From the NCBI GenBank assembly GCA_012026655.1, contig JAAILG010000075.1, positions 1-64,000 on the forward strand: 64,000 nucleotides of DNA, read 5' to 3'. The position numbers and the translations under genes were made by a program. Positions 52,482 to 64,000 of this stretch are shown here, piece after piece. The notes beneath the pieces are model-generated. The model made no database searches and was not told the DNA's origin. It saw nothing but the letters and a program-made list of their open reading frames with translations. This stretch comes from Hydrolagus affinis. Its lineage: Eukaryota. Position 1 is the stretch's first letter. The number at the start of each line of letters is the position of its first letter.

Positions 52482-52832
52482 GGTACTCCAGACCGAAATT
52501 TTGCATTTTTCCATTTTTTTTGTTTAAAATGATATAAGAAATAAATCTAAACAATTCAATTCAAAGAGACCTATGTGTGGATCATAATATGTGAAAATGA
52601 GAGTGAAAGCTCTTCCAGTTCCTGATGTGAATGAGAAACAATTTTCCTTTTATTCTTATGTGAAAATCAATTTGTTTCTCATTCACATCAGGAACTGGAA
52701 AGAGCTTTCACTCTCATTTTCACACATTATGATCCACACATAGGTCTCTTTGAAATAGGTTGTTTAGATCTATTTCTTATATCATTTTGAATTAAAAAAA
52801 TGGAAAAACGCAAAATTTCGGTCTGGAGTACC
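52482..52832. mobile_element. Fold-back MITE with TTAA flanks (Kolobok/T2-MITE-like)
   Basis: TTAA|GGTACTCCAGACCGAAATTTTGC ... GCAAAATTTCGGTCTGGAGTACC|TTAA; ~160-bp inverted arms around a ~25-bp spacer. Confidence 0.85.
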
Positions 52833-52899
52833 TTAAACCCCCGCTTAATTAATTATTGCATTAGATTTTCTGAACAATCACTAAATCACATCTGTTTAA

Positions 52900-53250
52900 A
52901 TAATATTCCGTGCATTTGATATAGTGCCTTATGATATCTTCCAGATGTCTCAAAGTGCTTCACAGAATATGCTGTTAAGTGAATTGACTGCATATTATGT
53001 GGGCGAAACACGACAGCCAATTGTGCACAAACAGTTGTGATTGAAGTGACCAATTTATTATTATTTTTTGAAGGAATTGTTACACCAGAAAAGCGATCCA
53101 CCAACCAACTAACTCACCAATCCTACTTACTGTTAGGTAAGCAGAGACATGGGGAGTAAGGAAACTTGCCCAACATTTCACTCTGCCAGGAATCAAACCC
53201 AAGTCTCTTGCTTGTAAGGCAAGTGCTCTAACCACTGAGCTACAGGACTC
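52900..53250 (-). mobile_element. Full-length SINE, long variant
   Basis: Tail, core and CTCTAACCACTGAGCTACAGGACTC head. Confidence 0.85.
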
Positions 53251-53301
53251 TACATTAGTAAAATATAAAAAGCTTTAGATGAAAAAGGACCAAAGAGGTC
53301 C

Positions 53302-53307
53302 TTTATT
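53302..53307 (-). terminator. Possible HECTD2 polyadenylation signal
   Basis: AATAAA on the minus strand ~1.07 kb after the stop, just before a SINE. Confidence 0.4.
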
Positions 53308-54369
53308 AAAATAGATTACAAAATCAGGATTTACATATAGAAATAATCACAATTCAATTTCATACATTTAACAGCAATAAATGGAATAATTCATGATGAA
53401 ATCCTAGGCTGCTATGAAAAATAATTGTATTGTTATTAAAAAGCTATGATACTAAGCTACTGTTACTTTATAATTAATAAATTCCTATAAACATCATTGA
53501 ATGTAGAGTTACGAAGCAGCTATTTCAAAACAGACAAACAAGAACAACAACAACTTGCACTTACACAGCACCCCCACCCCCCCCACACACACACACACTC
53601 AGGTAGCATCTCAGAGTGTTTAACAGTGGCGGAGCGTGACTCCATGTTTGTTGAAAATGAACTTTGTGGAATGGATATGTAGGTGGGTGTTAGGCAATCA
53701 TTCTTGTGACAGCAACAGACCATTTCATGTGTAATAGAATTCTTGTGTCCATTGAAATACCAATATTAGGAACCGAGGAAAATACTAACACACTGTAAAT
53801 TCCAATTCTAGATTATTTTTGCACTGTGACCAAACTATGGTTCTAGATTTCAAATTCATTATAATACATTATTGTATTATACTACAATAGTCCTGGCTCA
53901 CTATAAGGCAATGGATGCAGCATAGTTCTGGACACTAAGATTCAAAATTGATTTACTGTTTCTATTTTCAAACATGGTATCCAATAACTAATTTCTCTAA
54001 ACGGCTTTGAAATCACATCAATGCGATATACATTCAGGTCAATAAATTTCATTCAAACAACCTTGTAGCTCAAATGCAAACATTATTTTCTCCCAACCTG
54101 AAACAAATAAGCTAACATTATATATTTGACAGTAAACATTTGTCATTTATAGTTATAAATGTAGCAGTAATTATTCTAAGTCACAAAACATTCCACTGTG
54201 TCATATTGGGTAACATTCTATTAGTCCAGTTCTCAAATCTACCTTCATAGTTAGACTTTATAATACATGACTGAATGAAACATAAATAAATGGGTCAACA
54301 AAAAAAACATGAAATAGTGCACCCACTGGGATACATTCAATAATTCTATTCTTTAAAGTGGTTTCCTCA

Positions 54370-54594
<225 letters not shown>

Positions 54595-54827
54595 TTACAT
54601 TTGTGTAGTGTCTTTCACATCGGGAGGATGACCCAAGGCACTGATTCTGATTATTGTATCTGTATCTGTTTAGTGTGTGCTACAAAAGCAGTAGGTAGGC
54701 ATTCACTTCCTGCTTTGCACTGTCACCTGAGAAGTATCTCTTCTATCCCCTGCTTTTCTTCATCTGCATTCTCCCTCTTGCCAACACCATTCGCAGACAC
54801 AGAGTTAATTTCCACAGATATGTAAGA

Positions 54828-55128
54828 GTAATAGTAATCCTTGCATTTGATATAGCGCTTTTCATGTCTTCCAGATGTCTCAAAGCGCTTTGCAGAATGT
54901 ACTGAAAAGTGGATTGACTGCATATTTGTGGGCAAAATGTGGCAGCCAATTGCACACAGCAGTGTCCCACCAACAGCCGTGGATTGAAGTGACCAAATGA
55001 CTATTTTTTGTTAGGGATTATTATCAAGCACATGGAGTAAGGAAACTTGCTCAAGGTTTCACCCTACTGGGAATCAAACCCAGGTCTCTCGCTTGCGAGG
55101 CAAGTGCTCTAACCACTGAGCTACAGGA
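54828..55128 (-). mobile_element. Full-length SINE in last HECTD2 intron
   Basis: Complete tail-to-head match to the family. Confidence 0.87.
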
Positions 55129-55444
55129 AACCACAAAAGCTAAAACCTCCCTCCCCCCGATCACATTGGTACTCTGCGTCGAGTTGGTGCCTCAGTTAGT
55201 CCATCAATCAGGGAGACAAACATCCTTATCCCCAGTTACTCTGGGTTAGGGAAAGAGAAATGAACCCCTAGTTTTCTACTCCTGATGTCCACTACTCTCT
55301 CCCTACTGGAGATGTATGTGTGTACATAATAACAATAAGCCTTACATTTGAAACATTTCAAAACACTTCACGGATTATATAATCAACAACAACTTGCATT
55401 TATATCTCACCCTCCATGCCAGGCTTCGTCTTAAGAGTGCTTTA

Positions 55445-55685
55445 TTGTATTGTACTGCAGTATATTGTAAAGTATCGTGACTGTATATTTTATGGGCGAA
55501 ATAGGGCAGCCGATTTCACACAGCAGGGTCCCATAAACAGTTTTGGATTGAGTGACCAAAGTGTTTTTTTTAAAAGGGATTATCACCCCTGGGAAGTGAT
55601 CTGCCAATTGACAAACAGCCAGGTTCCTAGTTACAGCTAGGTAAACACTGCTGTGTGCTGCTTGCTTGCGAGACGAGTGCTCTAC
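55445..55685 (-). mobile_element. Diverged SINE, long variant
   Basis: Core remnant and GCTTGCGAGACGAGTGCTCTA head remnant. Confidence 0.65.
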
Positions 55686-56726
55686 TACAACAACAACAAC
55701 AAAATTACATGGATAGAGCGCCTTTCACGTGAGGAGGGCGTCCCAAGGTACTGAACTACATTTTTAGAGGCATAAATTGTATTCTGGTTTAGTGTGAACT
55801 CCCTCCAAAATCCTCTCACAAGCAAAAGCAGGTTTTCTGGAGCATAGATAACCTCCCCAGTTAACCTCTCCAGCTAACCTCCTCAGCTAACATTTGTAAT
55901 CAGTAATTGTGAGCAAAGTTATATGACTGAGCATGGCTTTCACTCGCATTCCCTTGTGGACGACACTCAAATTTACTTCTCCACCTCCCTCTGCTCTTGA
56001 TTTCAAGATGTTTTTTTTACCATACCATACCCTGTCTCTGACCTCAAACCAGTGGGGAGCATTGGCATTCAGTTCAATCCTTAGTTCTCCTTCCTTCTTC
56101 AGATACAGTCTCTGACCTGCATTTTTCTACCTTTACCACATCGCTGATCTCTAGGCCCCCCACCACACACACAGCTTTGTTACCTTGCAGCGAGACTATT
56201 TCCAATGTACTCTTCACTGCCTACTCTGCTCTGAGACGCCGCACAGGAGTAGAGGGTGCTATATTAATGCAAGTTGTTGTTGTAAACAACCAAACCTTAT
56301 GCAGCACAGGTTATTATACCGGTTACTGTATTTCCTCATCATAAATGAAATATAAACTACAGCTGAGGCTGGATCCTGTGCAGTTAGCTGGTTCAAGTGA
56401 TCTGAAAGTTAAGTAATCAAATGTTTGAAATGTCATATATAATAAAAGCAGTGAAGCTAAAAATTATATTTAACCATAGTGACATATCACTTAAGGGAAA
56501 GGACAGTCTAGGGGGAATACTTTAGTATTTCTAGATGTTACTTCCACTTTAATAACCTATGCTGTTTGGCAGCCCAGAATCCTTTGGAAAAGTAGAATAG
56601 TTCATCACCAAGGAAGTTTAATGGGGACAGTGTGGTTTCACTCAACAGATCAAAACAGTCACACGTGTTATAAGTGTTTCGCGCTATGCAAGTAAAGCAG
56701 GTTTACATCCCTTAACTGCATCTTAC

Positions 56727-56870
56727 CAATCAATGGACACATCAACCTTAGAGATTTTGAAGCTAAGGTCAGCCAGCCCTCCAGCAGGAACTCGATCACT
56801 TCCTGTGGCAAAGTGCAAAAGCTGCTTCTGGAGCTCAAGGCTGAAACCTAAGACTACATCCCAGAAATAC
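56727..56870 (-). CDS. HECTD2: HECTD2 penultimate coding exon
   Basis: GTAG|GT...TTG|GTAAGA, 144 nt; YFWDVVLGFSLELQKQLLHFATGSDRVPAGGLADLSFKISKVDVSID-W. Confidence 0.95.
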
Positions 56871-58842
56871 CTACCGAAGAAAGATAGGAACATGAACTGC
56901 AGTATACATCACACTAAACACAATTTAGACAAAAGAAGAAGCATTATAATTACCCACAATAATCACTGTGTTGTAAGCTGTGATAGAACATTTGCTTACA
57001 GACCCTGAATTAATGAAGAAATGCAACAAAACCTCGACTGCACTTCCTTTACTATCACAGTTATTTAGTACAGTAGCATCTTTAAGCTATATGAAGAGCA
57101 TGTTCTGTATTACCATGTGCAAAATGAAAACTTGCAGTAGCTATCTCATCCGAAACACATATATTGTATACAGTATCCGTTTATTATACAAACATATGTA
57201 TGCATGCACACACACACACCAATATATAAACAGACACATAAAATACCCTTGAGTTGAGTATTCTTTTAGTTTACATCAACAAGTATGGCGGCTATCCACA
57301 AGTGTGGCATTTACGCATTCACATTTAATCACTTGTCTGATAAATCTAAGATTTATATTGCCTCATTTGTCTGCAGCTTCTTAAACAGTTTCAAATTCGA
57401 AACCATTAAGAGTTTAGTGATTGTGACATTCCTCAGTTATGGGCTTGGTGACCGGTAGTGCATGTGCAGATAGTTCTTTCAATTACACTTACACTGACAT
57501 TCTCGTAAGTCTGCGTCTTGTTTAGTGTTTAAACAGGGTGGGACAGGAATGACTGGAATGCCAATGAAGATAGACGATACAAAAAAATAGGTAGTTGAGA
57601 AAACACTTAAAAACAGTCCAGCTTCAAAGCATAAACTATAAGAAATGCTCTGGACGACAACAGCTGGTAAACTCAAAGCTGTAAAATTGAGCCTGACCAT
57701 CTGCTTAAGTTACCTCTGGCACAACTTTTGCATTGAAGAGTAAAGGCCACATTTAAAAGAAAGTGCTTACTGCAATGACCTTGCCTTCATTTAACCTTTG
57801 AGATAAGACAACTGAACCACTGAAAGCAATAGGCTTGCAAAGCTCCAAGTTGTTTTTCAACAACCTGAATCCTGACCCTGTTATACATATCCTGTGAGAT
57901 TTATTTGTAACACTATATCTAAAGTACACACCTAAAATTAAACAATAATCTTTAGAAAAGATTTCCAACATATGTCTATGTAAGATATATTGTGTGGAGA
58001 TCATACAACTGATCTTTGTACTGTATATTATTGTGTACCAAAGTAGTATTTCTTAGTCAATTTGTTGTCAAACGCAACTTTGATATTTTACTGATGTTAC
58101 TTGGCTTTATAAATGTTTTAAAAAAAAACTGTTAATATACCTAGCAGTGTTGTATTACGCATCAAAGATGATTTGTTTGGTTGGTTACATTCAGAATAAA
58201 GGTCCCTCTGTCTCAACAAAAATGCTTCACCTTCCCCCTCCCTCAGCTTTCTGCATCTGTGAATTGTCAAGATAATGATAGTCCTGTTCTATAGGATCTG
58301 TGCCAACAAGAAACCAGTTTCAGCTGAGCAGACCAAGCAAGGGAGCCCAATGATTAGATTGGAACATGTAGTAATTGCAATGCTCCTGACCAAGCCTCCT
58401 CCAGGTTTTGTTCGAAGTGTAGTTCTAGCTCGATTCTTGCTGACTGAGCAAGATCACTGCCAAAATATTCCGATTAACCACCACGTTTAAGCTTTTCTAA
58501 CACGTTCCACTATAAAATGCGGCATTCGTTACCCACACTCCTTAGTAGAAGTGAAATGACTCTATAATTTGGATCTTTTAAGTATGGTGCATGACTCCTT
58601 GCATCATTTGACAAGTATTCTGCAGGACTTAAACTGAAAGTCGGAGATAAACTAGGAGAGGGAATTTAAAAATAATTTTGATTGGCTAGTCCGAGTCTTA
58701 AGGGAACTATATAAATTCTATGGTACTTCCTAAATATTTTAAACGCATTTTCTAAACACATACTTTGAGATTACATTCTAGTGGCTTGTATTTCCAATCC
58801 AATTTAAAATCTAGCACTTATGATTCAAAAGGATTTGTTTAC

Positions 58843-58958
58843 CTTATTGTAGGGTCTACCTTAGAGTAACCCTCATACTGTGTAATCTTCTGCAGAGCGC
58901 ACATATCTAGCTCAGGGCTCCCACATACAAGGATTTCCACTTCCTCTGGACGCAGTAA
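58843..58958 (-). CDS. HECTD2: HECTD2 coding exon
   Basis: GCAG|TTA...TAAG|GTAAAC, 116 nt; LLRPEEVEILVCGSPELDMCALQKITQYEGYSKVDPTI-R. Confidence 0.95.
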
Positions 58959-59281
58959 CTGCAGAGAAATCAACTTTTTACTTCGATTTTGCTTTGTGTG
59001 CGTTTCTATGCAAATTGAAACATTTTTTCTGAGGTTGCAATCAAAACATCACCAAGTAATGTTTCAATAAGTGAAAGCAGTAATCTAAATGACCAAACAC
59101 TATATGTTTGGTATAGGGACAAGAAACATATATATTATTGTGCTGCATAAAACAGAACATTTTCAAAAGATTGATTGAGACTAACACTTTATTTTCCAAA
59201 AAATGGAGTCAAATAAAATAGATTATGACAGCAGAATACAGAAGTGATGACAAGTGATAGTATTATTAGAAAGGACCTTAC

Positions 59282-59388
59282 CATTAAAGCATTGGAGGCA
59301 CATACACTATGAAACCCCAAATAGAAGGATGCAAATTGCTTGTAAACAGACTTGTTGAGAAGAAAGTCTACATAAAGATGTACATATT
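59282..59388 (-). CDS. HECTD2: HECTD2 coding exon
   Basis: CTAG|AA...ATG|GTAAGG, 107 nt; EYVHLYVDFLLNKSVYKQFASFYLGFHSVCASNALM. Confidence 0.95.
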
Positions 59389-59801
59389 CTAGACAAAAAA
59401 AAGTAGCATTCTGTATTTCTGGAAACACGTTTCTTCATAATAATTATATATAAATGATTCTAGTTTTATTTAACTGGGATTATAGCTATGTTGACTCTTA
59501 CTGCATATTTAGCAAGTTTATGGAATTATTTTTACTTATACCACCAATTTACTGTTCTTTTTACTGTTCTACTAAACAGATAATTTATCACAAAAACACA
59601 TTTAGTTATTTAGTGAAAAAATGAAATAATTCAAAGACTACATTAACTAAACAATATAAAAGCATTGAAAACTATTATAGCCCCTTGTGAAAAGTACCCC
59701 AAAGCTTCAGGTACAGGTTTCAGTATCTGAATGAATAAACAAAACCTTTATTCAGTTAGCATTATAATGTCCTATTGTACAGAAGAGAAGTATCAACTTG
59801 C

Positions 59802-59889
59802 CTTTTCTGTTTTGATTAGTGACAGGTATTTTGTCGCCTCCCGGTTTGAGGATATATGATTTAACAGTTCCAAACTCTTCTTGAAATAC
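59802..59889 (-). CDS. HECTD2: HECTD2 coding exon (GC donor)
   Basis: TTTCAG|GTA...AAAG|GCAAGT, 88 nt; VFQEEFGTVKSYILKPGGDKIPVTNQNRK-E. Confidence 0.92.
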
Positions 59890-60205
59890 CTGAAATAAAA
59901 GTTGGATAACACCATTTCCTTCTCTTCACTGAAACACTGCAGAATAAACCAGAAACTATAAGCGTAGCTAACAACACATTCATTTACAGTGATTTAAAGA
60001 AGAGGAAATGCATGGTAAAAACAAGATTTCCATTTTAGAAAAACTGTTCATCACAAAAGTCAGAAAAGTATACATTTTATTTACCATGGTTTGTCTGATG
60101 TCCAAGCTTATAACTAAAAATGCTTATTGCTCTTGCATTTGACCAGATGGAAATCAACAACAACAAAATTACATTTCTAGAGCACCTTTCACATCAGGAG
60201 GACAT

Positions 60206-60305
60206 NNNNNNNNNNNNNNNNNNNNNNNNNNNNNNNNNNNNNNNNNNNNNNNNNNNNNNNNNNNNNNNNNNNNNNNNNNNNNNNNNNNNNNNNNNNNNNN
60301 NNNNN
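60206..60305. other. Assembly gap (100 N) inside HECTD2
   Basis: Run of N starting inside an L2 tail; true size unknown. Confidence 1.
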
Positions 60306-61258
60306 AAAAAACGGAGTTTCAGACATCACAAAAATATAAAATTCACAAGAAGGATCTTAAGGACAACATTTTCTTGACATTGGAAGTAATAATAGATTTA
60401 GAAAGAGGCCATGTCTGTTTCAGTATTTAAGGCACAAGTGTGACAAGGAAAGTTATAGTGAAGCTGAACTCTATGATAACATTAAATACACTGCCCATGC
60501 TAACATTAAATACACTGCCCATGCTGCTTAGATCTTTGTGCACTTGCTGCAGTTAACGATGTAACTACACAATAATGTGAAGGAATCCATAATTGCCTCC
60601 CTGGATAATCGTATATTGGGGAAGCTGAAAGAGACCCAGAGGTATTGGTTGACTCTTTGCTCACTATGTCAAAAAGTTGAATAAACAAGGCAAGCAGAAT
60701 GTTTGCTTTAATCAGTTGAGTTTAGATGTCCCGGAGGCATGCACAGACTGTACAGTCTTGCTGCACCTCAACTGCTGTGTACAGTTTTGGTCTCTGTGAC
60801 ATAAGAGGAGTGTACAGGCCCCAAACAAAATTCTGAAGAAAGCAACTACGATTCCAGGAAAGGTGGTTGAGAACATTGGACTCATTTAAGAAACAGCTCG
60901 ATGCCATTATGGGAGGATGGGTACATTAGGAAGGTGAGATCAAATGGGCTGACGATCATCCAGGTTGGCTTCACACGAACCTCTTGTGATCATGGGGTTG
61001 GCCTGTGATCTGGTCAATAAGGTACAGAGCCGCATCCTAACATCCCATTTGTTCAGCGCCTAGGGAACGTCCTCTTGACGTGAAAGGCGCTATGCAAGTG
61101 TAGTTTTGTTGTTGTCGTCGTCGTCATTTTTCTAATGTTTATCAATGTTGCATTTAATTTACCTCCGCCAGTAAATATAAATGGACAATGGAACCATTTC
61201 AAACATCCGCGTGAGAAATATTTTGCACCGTAGATCCTCTACAAAAAAATAAACTTAC

Positions 61259-61417
61259 TGGCATGATCTGATACAGGTCATCAAGTGTAAGCAATGCAAC
61301 ACCAATGGGAGTGTTCTGGTCACAGGGAACCACAGGAGGACTTAGCAGCTTTTTGTAGCAACACGGTGGAAACCGAATATCTAATGTGATACTATTGTAC
61401 ACAGCCAGACCCATCAG
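61259..61417 (-). CDS. HECTD2: HECTD2 coding exon
   Basis: TGAG|CTG...CCA|GTAAGT, 159 nt; LMGLAVYNSITLDIRFPPCCYKKLLSPPVVPCDQNTPIGVALLTLDDLYQIMP. Confidence 0.95.
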
Positions 61418-61942
61418 CTCAGAGATTAAAAGTTAAGATAAACAAAAAGACAAGAGAAAGGCAAGCATGACCTGTAACATAACTTTGAAGGCCTCCAATA
61501 TTATATTTTCAGAATCATAATTTCACAGGAACCAAAATGTTACTGAGCATATTGGATTTCCCTCTGTTTTGCTCCCCATTTGCTTGTGCTTGGTCCAGCA
61601 GTAGCCAATATAAGCAGTTAAAAAAAAGAATGAAAACATTAGCTAAAAAAGCAAAACATCAGTTCAAAAAGAATGGTAGAAAAATCACAAATGAAAGATT
61701 GGGATATAAACGGAATAGAGCACAGTATTAATTTCACGAGCAGAGACAATGCAGAGTGTAATACCAGACTTTGATATAGAGACTGAAACGCCTACAATTA
61801 GACATTGTTCAATAATGGAAAAAATGTAGAAACGGTAGAACATGAAGCAATGTCATATAAATAGTGATTCTATTTACTTTATTTGAGCTCCTACAAGTGG
61901 TCATATGGTGCAATGACATGCTGTATAAGGGACAAAGGATAC

Positions 61943-62031
61943 AGCTCCAACCAACCGAAATTCAGAGTAGTTCTCACACTTAAAGCTATTGAACCAGTAA
62001 CATCGGGAGTCCCATTGATATGCAAACATAC
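61943..62031 (-). CDS. HECTD2: HECTD2 coding exon (followed by U12-type intron)
   Basis: ACAG|GT...GCT|GTATCCTTT, 89 nt; GMFAYQWDSRCYWFNSFKCENYSEFRLVGA. Confidence 0.94.
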
Positions 62032-62767
62032 CTGTTCAATAAGGAAATGTAGGGAAATATATACCAGTTATTTCATAATGTTATAACTTATGAAGTACAA
62101 AAACTGCATGTATAACTCCTAAGATTGCATAATTTATATCCCAGTTTTGATCAAATACAAGGATGATGAAGATTTATTGTATATTTACGCAACAAGGAAT
62201 TCTTCTTCCACCACTATTACTTCTTGTTTTGAAAGAAAATGGTTCCTGCTGCACTGTTTTCTTTATTGATAACAATACATTATTTATCCGTCCAGCAGGC
62301 TCTGGTCTGCTCCATGTCTCTCACCCGACCCTCCCAAACCATGGGTGGCTGGGCTTCTGCCTCCATCACACAATCCCTTCACCTTTCTCCCTCGCCACCT
62401 TCGAGGCATGACTCAAGACCCTCCTTTTCGACAGAGCCTTCAGTCGTCTTTCTACCTCTCTGTCCTCCTTCATCCCAACCCTGATCCCCGACTGTTCAGT
62501 GCCTTGGGATGTCCTCCTGATGTGAAAAGCACTTTACAAACTTAATTTTGTTATCATTGTTGTTATTTTCATAGTACAGACCAGTTAATGAAAAAATCTA
62601 TTCAATATTTCTTAAAAGATATAGCACAACTCAGCTATTTCTCCCTTTCCCAGCCAAGTTAGAGTTTTCTTGTTTTTAAGTACCTCCACCATACCCCTCA
62701 CCCCACCACCTGTCCCACCTCCCTCACTTCCCTGCCCATCTGAAGTTCTTACATTGCAGAATCTTAC

Positions 62768-62900
62768 CATACTCAGCCTGGAAAATCTGTCGAATAAGCA
62801 GAAGAAACCACTCTTTTGTGAGACCGCCCATGTCTAATCCAGCTTCGCCAACAAAGGTGACCTTTAACTTCTTTTTCAAATCTGCCCGCTTTCTGGTTAA
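62768..62900 (-). CDS. HECTD2: HECTD2 coding exon
   Basis: GCAG|TTA...ATG|GTAAGA, 133 nt; LTRKRADLKKKLKVTFVGEAGLDMGGLTKEWFLLLIRQIFQAEY-G. Confidence 0.96.
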
Positions 62901-62928
62901 CTGCAATATATAAGATTACATTATACCT

Positions 62929-63372
62929 GAATTCAAGATCCTTGTCCTCACTTTCAAGGCCCTCCACGGTCTTGCCTCCTCCTACCTCTCTGACCTGCTG
63001 ACCCCCACCCGTATCAACCTGTCCGCTCCCTCCGTTCGGCTTGCATCAGCCAGCTCCAGTATCCCGCCTGACCAGCCCTACCATCGGTGGTCAGTCTTTC
63101 AGCTTCTCTGCCCCTACACTTTGGAACTGCATCCCACAATTGCTTCGCCTTGCTCCCTCCATTGCCTCCTTCAAGATCGATCTCAAGACTCTCCTCTTCG
63201 TTCGTGCCTTCAGTCACCCTCCTACCTCTCTGCCCTCCCTTATCCCAACCCTGCCCCACTGCTCAACCCCACCCCCCATCCCCCAAACTTGGGTCTTGAC
63301 CCCTGACTGTTCACCACTTGGGACATCTTCCCGACATGAAAGGTGCTCTGCAAATGTAATTTTGTTGTTGTT
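62929..63372 (+). mobile_element. L2 LINE 3' end in HECTD2 intron
   Basis: EFKILVLTFKALHGLASSYL...GGQSFSFSAPTLWN...FKIDLKTLLF; tail GAAAGGTGCTCTGCAAATGTAATTTTG(TTG)n. Confidence 0.9.
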
Positions 63373-63619
63373 GTATATTCTGATTGAAAACAGTCCACAT
63401 AACGTTGAAATTAACTGAAAAATATACATGTAGATTTTAGAATAGAAAATACAACCAGTAAAGCACAGTTCTCCAAAACAATGCATTACGCCTAAGTTTG
63501 CAACATTCAGCTCTCAATAGTTAGTATAATACAAATCTTGATAAGAAGAGTCATCATTCATCAGGTATGCATTGTCATGTCAAGGATTCAAGGAGAATAG
63601 GTTTAAGATACTACATTAC

Positions 63620-63727
63620 CTCATCCAAGGAGTCGCTAACCATATGCATTCGCCTCACTTCAATGTTGAGGAAAAGCATATTCATGTCTGGTCTTTGTCT
63701 GCGAGAGATATTATCAACCAGGCTTTG
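63620..63727 (-). CDS. HECTD2: HECTD2 coding exon (start of HECT region; gene continues beyond window end)
   Basis: GCAG|CAA...GAG|GTAATG, 108 nt; QSLVDNISRRQRPDMNMLFLNIEVRRMHMVSDSLDE. Confidence 0.93.
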
Positions 63728-64000
63728 CTGCACAGAAAGGACAGAACTCTGATTGCACATAACTCAATTTTAAATTATATTCACAGATCTATAATGTAAT
63801 AACAATTATAAAGTAAATTGGCTAACTTTTGTTACAGTGAAGATGAAGAGCAGGTGTGAGGAAATAACCTTTTCCATTTAATGACCACTCCCAGTGATCC
63901 AGTGTCTGGCAGAGTAAACAACAAATCAAAATGATAATAACAATAATCATTATATTATTATTATGAAAATGATGGTGGCTACTGCTTTATTTCAGGTCTC

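Overview
AT-rich vertebrate genomic DNA, most likely a cartilaginous fish (holocephalan/Callorhinchus-like, inferred from the SINE/L2 repertoire). It holds the conserved TNKS2-PPP1R3C-HECTD2 block: TNKS2 coding exons 1-8 on the minus strand (792-11221, continuing beyond the left edge), a two-exon PPP1R3C on the plus strand (20874-22884), and nine 3' coding exons of HECTD2 on the minus strand (54370-63727). I placed all exon boundaries by hand from splice signals and checked reading-frame continuity. Introns and the ~30 kb PPP1R3C-HECTD2 spacer are full of tRNA/Deu-type SINEs, 5'-truncated L2 and CR1 LINE ends, DNA-transposon MITEs and Penelope-like remnants; repeat boundaries are approximate and family names come from recall. 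There are two 100-N gaps. Main oddities: (1) the conserved first ATG of PPP1R3C is out of frame with the main ORF and forms an overlapping uORF (real, or a 1-nt assembly error); (2) HECTD2 has a U12-type intron, a GC-AG intron and one expected exon that is absent (probably in a gap); (3) hammerhead-ribozyme-like cores lie in Penelope-type remnants; (4) there is a ~350-bp TTAA-flanked fold-back element and several near-perfect local inverted duplications. I found no convincing novel multi-gene system; most short ORFs in the track are repeat-derived or random.
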